Origin: Prorocentrum cordatum
Taxonomy: Eukaryota
Length of the DNA: 55,720 nt
Reading direction: 5' to 3'
Assembly: GCA_963575745.1 (NCBI GenBank)
Contig: CAUYUJ010000140.1
Coordinates: forward strand, 62,001 to 117,720
Numbering within the stretch: position 1 is the first letter of the stretch; each line of letters opens with the position of its first letter. This document shows positions 35,607-46,994 of this stretch, piece by piece. The position numbers were made by a program, and so were the translations under genes. The notes beneath the pieces were generated by a model. The model saw only the letters and a list, made by a program, of their open reading frames with translations. It was not told the origin of the DNA and ran no database searches.

Positions 35607-38299
35607 CAGAGGGCGGAGGAGGAGGAGGAGGGCGGATGAGGAGGAGGCACCGCGTTGCATGCAGGAGGAGGAGGAGAAGAAGGAGGAGGAGGAGGAGGAT
35701 GGCTATACCCGACAAGAGGAAGACGGGGCGCCCCCGCGGGGACCGCCTGCACGCCAGAGCGACCCTGGGCAAGAATGCCATCCAGTGGCACGGCTTTCCG
35801 GGGTTCCGCGGGGGCCAAAAAACCAACTGCGCAGGCCGGTGGTGCAAGACGAAGCCAGGACGAGGACAACATCGGGTGAGGGTGAATCGAGAGTCTCTGA
35901 GATCCAATCGCGGAGACGTAAGACCCGGGTACGGGGGACTCGGGTTGGCCTGACGGGAGCTAATCTGAAACTTGACGCGAAACTCCCGCTGCAAACACCC
36001 CACGAAAACTGGACCGTCAAATTCCAGAACGCGCTGGCCAAATAACTCAGGCAGACCCGAGTTCTGGCTTACTCGAGTCTTACGCTTCCCCGATCCAGTT
36101 GCTCTGGAAGATGTTCAAGGGGCCCAAGGACACACAATAAATACACACAAATAACAGGATTCCCCACAGTTTATCATATTTTCTGGGTTTTTGTCTTCCC
36201 CCACTTCCTATATTTTCCCATCTCTCTAGGAACTCGACGATTCTTTGCGTCTGTGTGTTTTTCTCCCTCCTAAGATGTATCGGGAGCCGCGGCCTTCTCC
36301 TCGGAGCGTTCCAGAACGCTCTGAGAGCGTTCCGGAAAACTCTGGCACGGATTGATCCCCGCCCTAGCCTTAGGTCGGGCCTGTCCCACTACAGGAGGAT
36401 TTTGGAAGAAAAATAAAAAGTACTCCAAGAGTACCCAAAAGATGCCCCAAAATGCTCAAAAAAAAGTCCCCTGACAATTTTTTAAAATAATTGTTTAATA
36501 CTCCTCCTGTAGAGGGTCATGCCCGACTTAATCCTAGCCCCGTCAGAGTGCTGGGGCAAATCGGATCGGCTCGAACTGTGCATCGGATCGGGCTGCATCG
36601 GCACGGAATCGAGATCGAATCGGATCGGCTGCCGTCGGGCTGCATCGGATCGTCGGAATGTCGGAATCAAACCGGGTCGGGCCGGCCGGCATCGATGCCG
36701 AGTCTCATCGATCGGATCGAAGTTGGGCCCGCACCAGAGGTCACTCCAGCGAAGGGCAACTCTCACGAGCAGATGAGGGGACCGTCTCCAAGTGGGAAGA
36801 GGATGAGGTTTATGTTGCCCCCATCGTACTTAAGGACATCATCCCAGAAATAACTTCGAGCATCAAGAAGAGTATCGAAACAGTGTTAAACGAAAATCGC
36901 ATCCCAGGGCCCGACACGTGAAAACCCTCTTGTTTCGGTACTTTCCTGATGCTTGAAAATTATTTGTGGTGATCAAGGCTAAAGCAGGTTGGACCATCAT
37001 ACAGTAGGGTCCCGACCACAAGAAACCTTCCACAAGAAACCCAACCCTGAGACCCCAGGGCGTCCATTGATTATTGGTGTGGGCACGTCACGCCGTCCAT
37101 AGAAGAACCATCGAAGCCCAAGAAACCCAGGGCACCCTGGAGACAAGCAGGGTGTTTCTTGGCATGGGCCTCCACTGCTCCACTGTAAGGTGAGGTGCGC
37201 ATTATGGCCCGAGGCAAGTGCACGCCCAGGGGATCGGGAGGGGGGGCCAGAGGACGTGGTGATAGACGGCGAGGCGCCCTGAAATCGGGGGAGCCGTCAT
37301 CACGGCACCGGCCGTGAGATCCCCCCATCCCCAAACATGATCGCGTCGTACAAAAAATCAGGACGGGAAGTTTCTGGCTAGTTTCGGACCCGGGGGGGCC
37401 CTCGCCGGGCCTCGGGACCGTCAGGAAACGACTCAGGACGGAAAACCGGTCCTGGGGAAAGGGTCGGGACTTCCAGGGACGCCGTCCTGAAAAAATCAGG
37501 ACGTCGCATATCTGGGTCCTCTAAAAGCCATGATATGATGGCCCTGGCCATGCATCCACACCCTCCTACAGTCAACACTGACAGCAGGGCTGCACGATGA
37601 GGGTGCGAGGGCCTTGGAAGGCCATGCCGACACTTCTCGAGCGGGGCACGGCCAGCGAAAGTGGCCAAAGATGGGCCGAAGGAAAGGGATGCAAGGTACC
37701 CTTGGGAAGGTGACCCACCCTCATCATTGGCTTCCACTGTGGTCCTCGCCCCTCCTGGGCAGACTTGGGGCGATCCTTGGGGGGCTCCTTGGCCGCCTCG
37801 GGCCGTCGGAGGGCCGACGGGAAACAACTGCTCAAAAATCCTTCAAAAACCCAAAAAGGAGCATCCAGGAGCTGGGTTTCGGCGGGCCTTCCTGGAGGCT
37901 CTCTTGGGCTACACGCAGGAGTGACCCTGGGTAAGAGTGACCTTTGGTGCGCAGGACTAAGGGGGCGCAGCGTGGCCAAACCCAGGCCCGGCGCGCCAAC
38001 AGCCGCTATCGCATCGCGCTGAGCGATCGGGGGGACCCAGATGAGCCCGCACCAAAGATCATTCCGGCGAAGGGTCACTTTTGCGAGTAGTCGGCCCTCC
38101 CGGGCGCCCCCGCGCCTTCAGCAGCTCGGCGCCCAGCCGGGCCCGCCGCGCGGCGCGCCGCTCGGGCGCCATATATAGCCGCTCGCAGGCGGCGGCTCGG
38201 AGCCGCGGCGGGCCCTCCGCGCGTGGTTGCGGCGCTCGCGCGGCCTCCGCCCGCGGGCCGCGGCGGGAGGGGGAGGGGAGGGGAGGGAAGGGAGGAGGA

Positions 38300-38582
38300 A
38301 GGGGTGGTGGTGATGGTGATGGTGGTGGTGATTGTGGTGGTGATGGTGACGGTGGTGGTGGTGGTGGTGGTGGTGGAGGTGGTGGTGGTGGTGGTGGTGG
38401 TGGTGGTGGTGGTGGTGGTGGTAGTGGTGGTGGTGGTGGTGGTGGTGGATGTGATGATGAAGATGAGAACGGTGGTGGGGTGATGGTGAGGGTGCTGAAG
38501 ATGATGATGGTGGTGGTGATGGAGAGAATTGTGGTGATGATGCTGGTGATGATGACGATGATGATGATGGTGGTGATGATGA
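38300..38582. repeat. (GGT)n/(GAT)n microsatellite
   Basis: Directly visible. Confidence 0.95.
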
Positions 38583-38878
38583 AGGGACAGAGGAGGAAGG
38601 CGTTGTTCCTACCCCTGCTACGCTGGGGGGGGCAAGCCCCATGACCCCTGAAGACTGACGGCCACACACACACACAGTGAGCTGCGTGCGTGGAACACGC
38701 GGGGACCCACATGACAAGGCCACCACTGCCTTCGCAAAGAAGCTAGGCCAGAACTGAAAGGTCTGGCACGGAGCGGGATAACGGCCAGTGGGCGATTATC
38801 TTCGCGCTCTCGCCGCACTGCGGGTGGAGCCCGTATGAGGGGGACGGCAATGACGAGGAGGAGGAGGAGGAGCGCACG

Positions 38879-41800
38879 TGCCTCATGGGACTGGTTCGTG
38901 CGTCTATAATGAGAGAGCTGCCCGAACGGCCGCGCGCGCCTGCCTGAGCTGGGCGTCGGTCGCCCAGACCAGCGGCAGCAGCATGGGCCTCAACTTGTGG
39001 TAACTTGTGAAAGCTATCACGAGCGTCACGTGGGCTCGCTGTCGCCTGCCTTCCATCACGTCGTAGTCAGACTCACCCCCCGCGCCAAGGCGGACCCAAG
39101 GACACGCAGGGGGGAGGAACGACGCGAGGAGAGCAGCCGCGGCCCACAGACGCGGGCACACTATGTAGTGGGCGATCTCGCCTGGCAGGCTGCAGCCAAG
39201 CCGACAACGCGCCAGTGGGAGAATTTTAACCCGCCCACTCGTATTCCATGCGCCAGCTGGGGGCTTCATGTGAGGCCAGGGTCGGGGGGGGGGGGAGGGG
39301 ATCGAACGAGGAGGGCTCAGAGCGGGGCAAAGAGAGACGTGCATCTTTGAGCGATGCTAGTCTGAATGCGCCAACAAGGTGCGCACCATTTTCCCTGCAA
39401 GGCGCTCAACAGAGAACCGACAGCGAGGACACAGTCCTGGCTCCTCGTGCGAGCGCCGCGCCACTGCCGAAAAGTGTACCCTGCTGCTTGCCACACGCAC
39501 GACAGATTCATGCGCAGCATGGGTTCGGGGGCCCGTCGCCACCTCAGCCCATTCAGCTCGGACAGAGCGAAGAGCGATGGAGGTGAACGCAACAGCATAT
39601 GCCTAGCATGCGCTTCTTTCTGAAGCTGTCGGGGGGGAAAGGAAAGAACTGGGCAACATACGAGAGGCAGGGGCGGACGATCTTACGGAAGATACGCACA
39701 CGCGCGACAGCGGGGGCACGAGTGCTAGCAACTATCCTGCGTCGGGACCACCACTTTTGGCCCCCGGAGGCAAATTGATGTTCAATACTAGCACCTGGTC
39801 CAAATTGGACCCCTATATACCAGCAGAACCTACTTATCTCGAGCCCCGCCCATTCAGGGGTCACCGCCCAAACTTCCTCGCGCAACGCAGCTATCTCCGC
39901 TGGCGCTAGAATCTTCCAATCTGGAACAAGACGGCATTCCTTGGGCTGGAAGTTCAGATTCGACGGGGGCACAGGCAAGATAGGACGGCTGCCCGCTTCG
40001 CATGCAGCGGCGAGGTGACTGCAAACCGGGCCCGCCCCGAGCGCCCACAAGATCCCGCTCAGGGGCAGATCATTGCGCGGAATGGCAGGAAGGCGCGCAT
40101 CAGGGCATTTAGCGAAAGCCCCCTCAGAACGAGAAGCAGCAGCGAAGATCGGCTCCCAACGCTGCTTGATGACGTGGGCCATGGGCGCGGGCTCGCGCTC
40201 CACTGCGTCGGCGCCGCGCCGCCTGTGCTGGAGGCCGAGGTGCGCCATGCGTCTTCGCGAAGGGTTCCACGCCAGCGCTTGCCTCATAGTCGTCAGCTGC
40301 ATCTCCACCAGCCCTGGAGCACCTGCAAGCAAGTCGCCACCTTGGGGCAGCCGTGCTCTGCAAGAGGCCGACCGAGCCGCCTGCTGGGCCACTTCATCAG
40401 AGCGCTGCTGGCTGGATCACATGACGAGATTGCGGTGCTCGGCAGCGTTCTCAAGGTATACGGCGCTGTCGTCGGGGGCCCGCAGGAACAGCGGAGCGAT
40501 CTGAGAGCTTCCACGCTATCGATGGGCGGGGCGAGAGTCCTGCCGCCATACTGCTCGGACAATGGCCCGCGGCGTCATGCATTTCAGCTCTGCGGCCCGA
40601 TTGCAAGCTGGCAGCACAGGATATGTTTGCACTTCATCCCTCGCGGCGGCCGCGGCGAGGTGTACCAGCCCCTTCATGCAGGCGCGCTTCCCTTCCACGT
40701 CGTAGTTGAGCCAGTGGTCAGCGCCGATGCAATCCTGCAAAACCTGGCGGGGTAGGGACTGGTTGACAGCGTCGCTGACGTTGAGGCCTCCAGCATCCAT
40801 AGAAAAGGCAAGCCAGATCATCAGGATGAGCCCAGGACACATTCTGCGTCCAGCGAAGACGACTGCGTTGGCGTTGGTTGCACACTATCCCATACTTATG
40901 CATATTCGAGAACCGCACCACTTTGCTAGTGGCGGGGTTTGGAGTAGCGAATTGGTGCGCGCGTCCTGAAACGATATTGACTTGATCAAGTGGGGGTTCA
41001 TGACCAAAAGCCAGTTGTAGAATATGATTTGCGGATTGCCATGGTCTGATCATAGCGACCCCACCTCGATTTGGCCGAATGCCGTTCTCATCGGAGTCTT
41101 CGGGGCACCCAGGGTAGATAAGCTTGTGCTGTATATTGAACTGGTTCAGCATCGCCACCAGGGCAATGCATTGCCGCGGGCCTCTTGCAGCAGAAGCACA
41201 TGGGGGATAGGAGAAGCAGCTCCATCTGGAGGAACTTCTGATGCCGAAGCTGGTGAATGTAGCAGCCTAGCCCACGAGCGCCCCAACTAGCAACCCGCAT
41301 TTCTCGAGAGCTACCTTTTTCCACTTCCCAAGGACGCCACCTCCTGCTAGGAAAACGCCCATGCCGCAGCGTCCGCGCCCTGGAATTGTTGTTTGAGATG
41401 ATCTGCCATGAGCTGTATATTGATATTCTCCCGCGCAAATCCCCCTGGCGACCAACCCAACCTCGCGGCCTCATGCGGCCCCTGCGGTTGCACCTCGCCG
41501 GTGGGAGCTGAGTCTGAGTTGATGAGGCCAAGGGCGCGGGAAAGTCGCCGTTCTTGATCAGGATATTGTCGTTGAGGGAGCAGCAACGATATGTTACTTT
41601 GCCTTTCTTTGCGAACCTGCCTTGGTGATTTGTCAGAGTTGATATACAGCGCGCCCGTGGCTCCGCCGACCGCCAATTGCGAGGGGCGCCGCCAGGTTCC
41701 TCCAAGATGTCGAGGGTGCTGGGCCAGCTTGACAGCCCGAGCGATGCCAGCGGCACCGCCCGAACGACGAAAAAGAAAACACTTTGCCAGGAAACGGGCC

Positions 41801-42897
41801 GTAGACCGCGCACTATTCGCGTTGACGCCTGCATCGGGGATCCACTGCTTGAAGTAGTTCTGCACCTCGGTGCCGGCTGTGGCTTGAAGGCGGCCGATCC
41901 TAGAGATGCTGGAGATCCGTCGTGCACGGCGAACCTCGCCAACTCAACGGCGCCTGCTTGGGCGTCAGCAGCCTGAGCCAGCATGCGCCGCGCAGCTTCG
42001 AGATCCGATCGGAGAAGTCCTTGGCGAGCCCCCGTGGAGACAGCTCGCGCTTGAAGGCGCCGAGTGTCACATTTGCGCGCGTCCCGCCGCGCAGCTTGGG
42101 GCCGCAGAAGTCCAACATCGGCGCCGCGAGTGTCGCTGAGGGCTTATCCCATGATGGAGGTGAGCTCCGATCGCACCCCGAGCATCTGCTGGCAGAAGGC
42201 TGCCGCGCCCGCCGCCTCGAAGCCGTTTGCCGTGGAGGCGGCTGAACTCCTCGAAGATCCATCGGCACTTTCGGCCACATGTCCAGTAGAGACAGCACGT
42301 CCAGCACCGCGCCGCAGGTCACCACGCCCATGAAGCGGATCTCCCTTGCGATGACCAGGCACGCCCTCTGGGGGGGTCGGGGCGAGCTCGGTCTCGCGAG
42401 CCAGACTTGGCGTGGGCGACGGGGAGACGCCCGCAGCACCAGTACCACAATGGCCGCCGTCAGCAGAAGCAGGAACGCTCGCGCCGCGGCGCAGGTCGGA
42501 CTCATCATCGCGGCACGCATGCTCACGGCTCCCGCTACAAGAACGCGACGCGGAGCCATCGGCCCGATCTCACCGCCGACGACGAACCTCGCCTCGCCCT
42601 CTCTTCGACGTCGCCGTGCACGACGGTCATGAGCAGAGGCGCCGCTGCTGGCCCTTCTGGGATCGAAGGCTCCATCGCTCGGCAAGCGACGCGACGCGTG
42701 AAATATGAGGGTTGAGGGCGAGTGTCAGAAAGAGAACTTATGAAATAGGTCGGGGGGGCCACAAGTCACGAGCACTGAAGCCCCAGCGCCGCGAGGCCTG
42801 CCCTCGCAAGAAGGGCGCTCTGAGCCGCCCCCGTCGGCCGCGATCAAGCTCGAAACACCTGGGAAGCGTTTCGAACTTGAGCCAGAATGGCTACGGA
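38879..42897 (-). mobile_element. LINE-E: 5'-complete, SL-capped non-LTR retrotransposon (ORF1 + APE-RT-CCHC ORF2), internally deleted
   Basis: SL at the 5' end; putative ORF1 remnants ~42680-41500 (LYINSDKSPRQVRKE); APE motifs RVASWGARGL, DVLLLQEARG, RGGVA, IVSGRA; RT remnants PLSGILWAL and WYIGVQFGPG; zinc knuckle CRLGC..HYIVC. TSD GGAGGAGGAGGAGGAGCSCACG (21/22) at 38857-38878 and 42910-42931. Confidence 0.83.
42876..42897 (-). other. Dinoflagellate spliced leader, 21/22 match
   Basis: Plus strand CTTGAGCCAGAATGGCTACGGA. Confidence 0.95.
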
Positions 42898-42965
42898 AGG
42901 GGGGGGGGGGGAGGAGGAGGAGGAGCCCACGCCACTGGAGAGGCGCACCGCCCCTCCACCCGCGG

Positions 42966-45900
42966 CTAGGCCTCGGCCGCGCTGGCCGCGCCGCCCGCCT
43001 CCTCAGAACTGAAGTCGTAGAAGTCGCCGTCCACCATATAGTCAGCGGCGACGCCCGCGCCGTCGGCATCCAGCCCGTCGCAGTCCATCATCTCATCGTG
43101 ACTGAGCGCGGGCAAGTGTTCGTCCCCATCAATAGGACCCGGACGCAGATCTCCAGCATCCCCATCATCTCCAGCACCCCCGTCAGGAAGTGGTGCATCA
43201 TCAATATTCTCCACTTGCTCCTCCTCCACGCCATCGCACATGTCTTCCAGACCATCATGACTAGGTCCAGTAGTACCGCCCGCACTGGGCCCCATGGCAG
43301 CAGCCAGCTCCTCGGTGAATTCGCCCTCTTCCTCGTAGTCGCCCCCGATCTCAGACTCAAGGACCGCGGAGGTGTTCAGCACAGTACAACTGTCGCAGTC
43401 CGCGTCCCCGACGCCGGCTCCAGTGGGAGTTCAGCAACGTCCTCATCCTCCTCAGCGCGAGCAATGTCTGTCCCAAGGCTGGGAAGGGGGCGCAGATCCA
43501 TAATCACCTTTCAATTCCAGGAGAGACCCAGGGTTGCGCAGCATCCACAGTACTAGCCTTGGTTGGTCTTCAGGAAGAGCATAATGCGAGTCCAGAAATT
43601 GAATGGCCGTGCTCAACTGCGATGGAGTCAACATCCTCGTATCATCATCTCCTCGAGGCGTCTCATGCATGGAGGCGGTGACCGCGGACTTGACGAACAG
43701 GCTGACCATTTGGAGTGCCCGAAGTTGATTGGTGGCTCGACGTTCCTTTGTTTCAGCGCCACCTTGGTCACCATTCGTAGCTACCGAAGAGGCAGCATAA
43801 TTCGATCGATGAACCGCATCCAACTTTCGATCAGGGCATATCGCCGCGAGGCCGTGCGCCGCCATAATTTGGTTGAACAGATCGACCGACCTGCCCGATA
43901 CATCTTCCCCTGGTAAATCTTCCTTCCGCCGCAGAAGCCGATGGCACCGCAGGATGCGCCGCAAAAGACGGCGCGGTGGCCAACCCTTCCAGGGCCGCGC
44001 TGCTTGCGGCGCCGCCCTCCGCAATGCCGACGTGGATGATGTCGCCGTTCTCACCGCGGGCCGCGTCTCCTCCGTCTGGTACCGCGTCCGAAGGCGAGGT
44101 GGCCGCATCTGAAATGTGGGCGGCGTCCACGGCCTCTAGATTATCATCACCATGACACACCGAACTGCCCACTTGAGATGCCATAGTTGCTGCAAGAGCA
44201 TGGGTGAGTTCGTCTTCGTCAGCTGAGTCGGTCGTTGCTTCAGCGGCCAATCCCGCGGCGGTGCATAGCGCAGTCCCATTCTCTCCATCAGCGTCTTCAA
44301 CTGCGTGAATCAGCACGAGTTCGTCGAAGGGCGCTTCTTCATCTTCCAGAGAGAAGGGTTCGGTTTCAACACCAGTAGGGGGCGTCGATCCATATTCGCT
44401 GGCCAGTTCCAAATGGGATTCAGGGTGTTGCAATATCCAAAGAACTAGCTCTCGTTGCTCGTCGGGAAGAACGTAGAGTGTGCCCGGACATTGGGTAGCC
44501 AATATCAGCTGCTCAGGCGTTAGAATGTTTGTGTCCACATCTACCTGCTGTTCTCCATTGTGCGTGGCAGGAATTGCGGACCTGGCAAGCTCAATGACCG
44601 TCTGTGGCGTTCGACGTCGAATGAAAGCTTGGAGTGCTTCAGGGTCTGCATGCCCTTGCCCGCTGCCTGCAGCGCCCCCGAAACGCACGCGCACCTCAGC
44701 TGTCCCATGTGAGGTCTGCTCTTCGCTAGAGCCCGCTGTCGCAGATTGCCCCCCCGCCGAGGACAACGCGGTGCCGCCGTGACACGCGCCGCCAAGAGCC
44801 CCATCATGAAATATTACACCGAAGCCGCGCATTGCCATTGCACGGTTGAACAGATCCTCCGAAGTGCTGGGTGCACCTTCCTCAGGTATATGCCCCACTG
44901 CAGGGGGCGACGGCGCTGCGCGCGGCGCCGAGGAAGAGGCGGCCGTAGCATTCCCAGTCTCGCGGCGTTGGAGCTCCCGCGAACGGCGCCTCGCCATCTG
45001 AACTAGTGCTTCGAATTCCTCATCCGTACAAATCAGCCCAAAATGGTGTGAGTATTCAGCGGGATCAAACGTATCACCTTCCAATATTGGCGGCGCCGTA
45101 GCACCTGCCGCAGACGCTGCAACTGCGCCAGCCGCTTCCGCCATGCGCTCGATGTCGCCATCCGGAAGGTTAGGGCAACCGTCTTCCGCAATGCTTCCGT
45201 CATCTTCGCCAGGGCATGGCCCATCACCCGCGCCGCGCTCAGGTTGCGCACGGCACTGAAAGAAGGAACGGCTGAGAGAGGATATCTTTGGGAGGCGAAC
45301 GGCGTGGAGACTTCTGATCCTGCGAAATGCCAGCACGCCCTTCCTCAGGCATCCTCGTGATGTTCGGGCACCAGTCCACATGTCGCAGTAGTGCCATCCC
45401 TTTACGCATCAGCAATGTGAGTCTGCGGCGATCGAGAGAAGGCCATTGATGCTGAACTTGCCGTCGCAAGCGTTCCCGTGGGATCGCCCCCGAGTACCAG
45501 CCACGCATGCAAAATTCGATAGCCATTTCCCATCTCTCCGTGCTGTCCGATAATGCGTTAGCCTCGCGCTGGAGGAGGTCTCTGAAACAATTAAATCGCA
45601 GTGTGTCGGCGACGTAGGGCACGCACCATTCCAACCACTGTTGGAAGTCGCTTCCGCTGCTGGAGAGAACCAAAGAGGGGGTCCAGCCCTGTGCCCAGGT
45701 GCCAATGCGATCCACCAACGCAGCTCAACGGGGGTGGTTCATGTGCGGCAGCTCGGGCGCAGCGCCCACAGTAGTGCATGGCGCACCCCGTGAGAGGTCC
45801 AGCGTCGAGGGTTTGGCGCGCCGTTCGCAGTTGTCGCCGGCACGCAGCATCCGAGCAAGTTCTTCCGCACGATGATCAAGGACATCCAGGCCGTCCTGGC

Positions 45901-46063
45901 TACGAACTTCCAGCTCAGGAACAAGATGGCGAGCTTCGTGCAGTAGAAAGGTAACCTCCTCGATCACTTCCCTGGTGACCTTGGGAAAAGCCGAGGCGCG
46001 GTGCGCCCAGCCGCGAATAGCGAATAAATCGCGCCCACGATGCCTTGCAATTCGCCGGCCCAA
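42966..46063 (-). pseudogene. Large intronless, frameshifted acidic protein of unknown function with an internal domain duplication
   Basis: Colinear ORFs 45725..46063, 45239..45718, 43831..45381, 43452..44108, 42966..43382; duplicated peptide LTPxQL..A.Q....Y.LP..Q..LVLW.L..P.S.LEL...YGS.PP. Confidence 0.6.
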
Positions 46064-46199
46064 CGGGCCAGAGGCGTGCTTAGCTCTCCGGTAACCGGTA
46101 AACAGTATTTCTGGTTCGCGCGCGCGGGGCGGCCCCTGGGGGCCCCTGGGTCAAAAGTACCCCGGGCGGAACCCGGGCGGGGCCCGGGACGCCCCCCCA

Positions 46200-46775
46200 G
46201 ATCCTCCAGGATCGCCCCAAGAGGGCCCCAAGAGGCCCCCAACACAATCCATGACAGGTCCGATACGCCCGAAGATCGCTCCACGGCGCCCAAGATGGCC
46301 CCCAGACGGCCCAAGAGGTCTCCAAGATGACCCAACAAGCCTCCAAGATGCCCCAAGAGGCCTCCAGGGGCACTCCCAAGAGGGCCCCAAGAGGCAAACA
46401 TCAATGTTTTGTTTCTTAGGTGTTGGACAGATTTGGGCGTTTCCACCTTTTCGGTTCCCCGACGCCCCTAAACGGCTCAAGAGGCCTCCAAGATCGCCCC
46501 AAGAGGGCCCAAGAGGCCCTCAAAAGGGCCCCAAGACGGCCCAAGACGGCTCCAAGACGGCCCCGACACGGCCCCAGAGGCCTCCAACACGGCCCAAGAG
46601 GGCCCCAAGAACGCCCCCAACACGGTCCAAGAGAAGTCCGAGACGCCCAAAGATCGCTGCACGACGCCCAAGATGGCCCCCGGACGGCCCAAGACGTCTC
46701 CAAGATGGCCCGAGATCGAGGCCTCCAATATGCCCCAAGAGGCCTCCAAAAGAACTCCCAAGAGGGCCCCAAGGA
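46200..46775. repeat. Degenerate ~11-bp minisatellite (CCCAAGAGGGC/CCAAGACGGC-like)
   Basis: Directly visible periodic CCAAGA motif. Confidence 0.85.
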
Positions 46776-46793
46776 GCAAAACATTTTTTTTTG

Positions 46794-46794
<1 letters not shown>

Positions 46795-46842
<48 letters not shown>
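46795..46842. repeat. (TA)n microsatellite
   Basis: Directly visible. Confidence 0.97.
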
Positions 46843-46844
<2 letters not shown>

Positions 46845-46994
46845 CACCGGTCGGAAGAAGTAGGTAGAAACATGAAGTAGGAAGGCGGAAGAAGTAGATT
46901 GCATTCGGGGCCGCCCAAAAAAACAACAGCAACAACAATTACAAGAAGTAGATTGCAAATTTCCGGGCCCTGTCTCAGCGGCGCGCAGTAGCGC

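Noticed and set aside
36770..36921. Short coding-like segment (GTVSKWEEDEVYVAPIVLKDIIPEI...)
   Set aside because: Too short, no recognisable motif and no supportable exon boundaries.
35585..42897. SL-RNA genes
   Set aside because: Neither SL is followed by the GT donor of the SL-RNA intron (next bases are CCACC and TTCGA); both lead into mRNA-like sequence.
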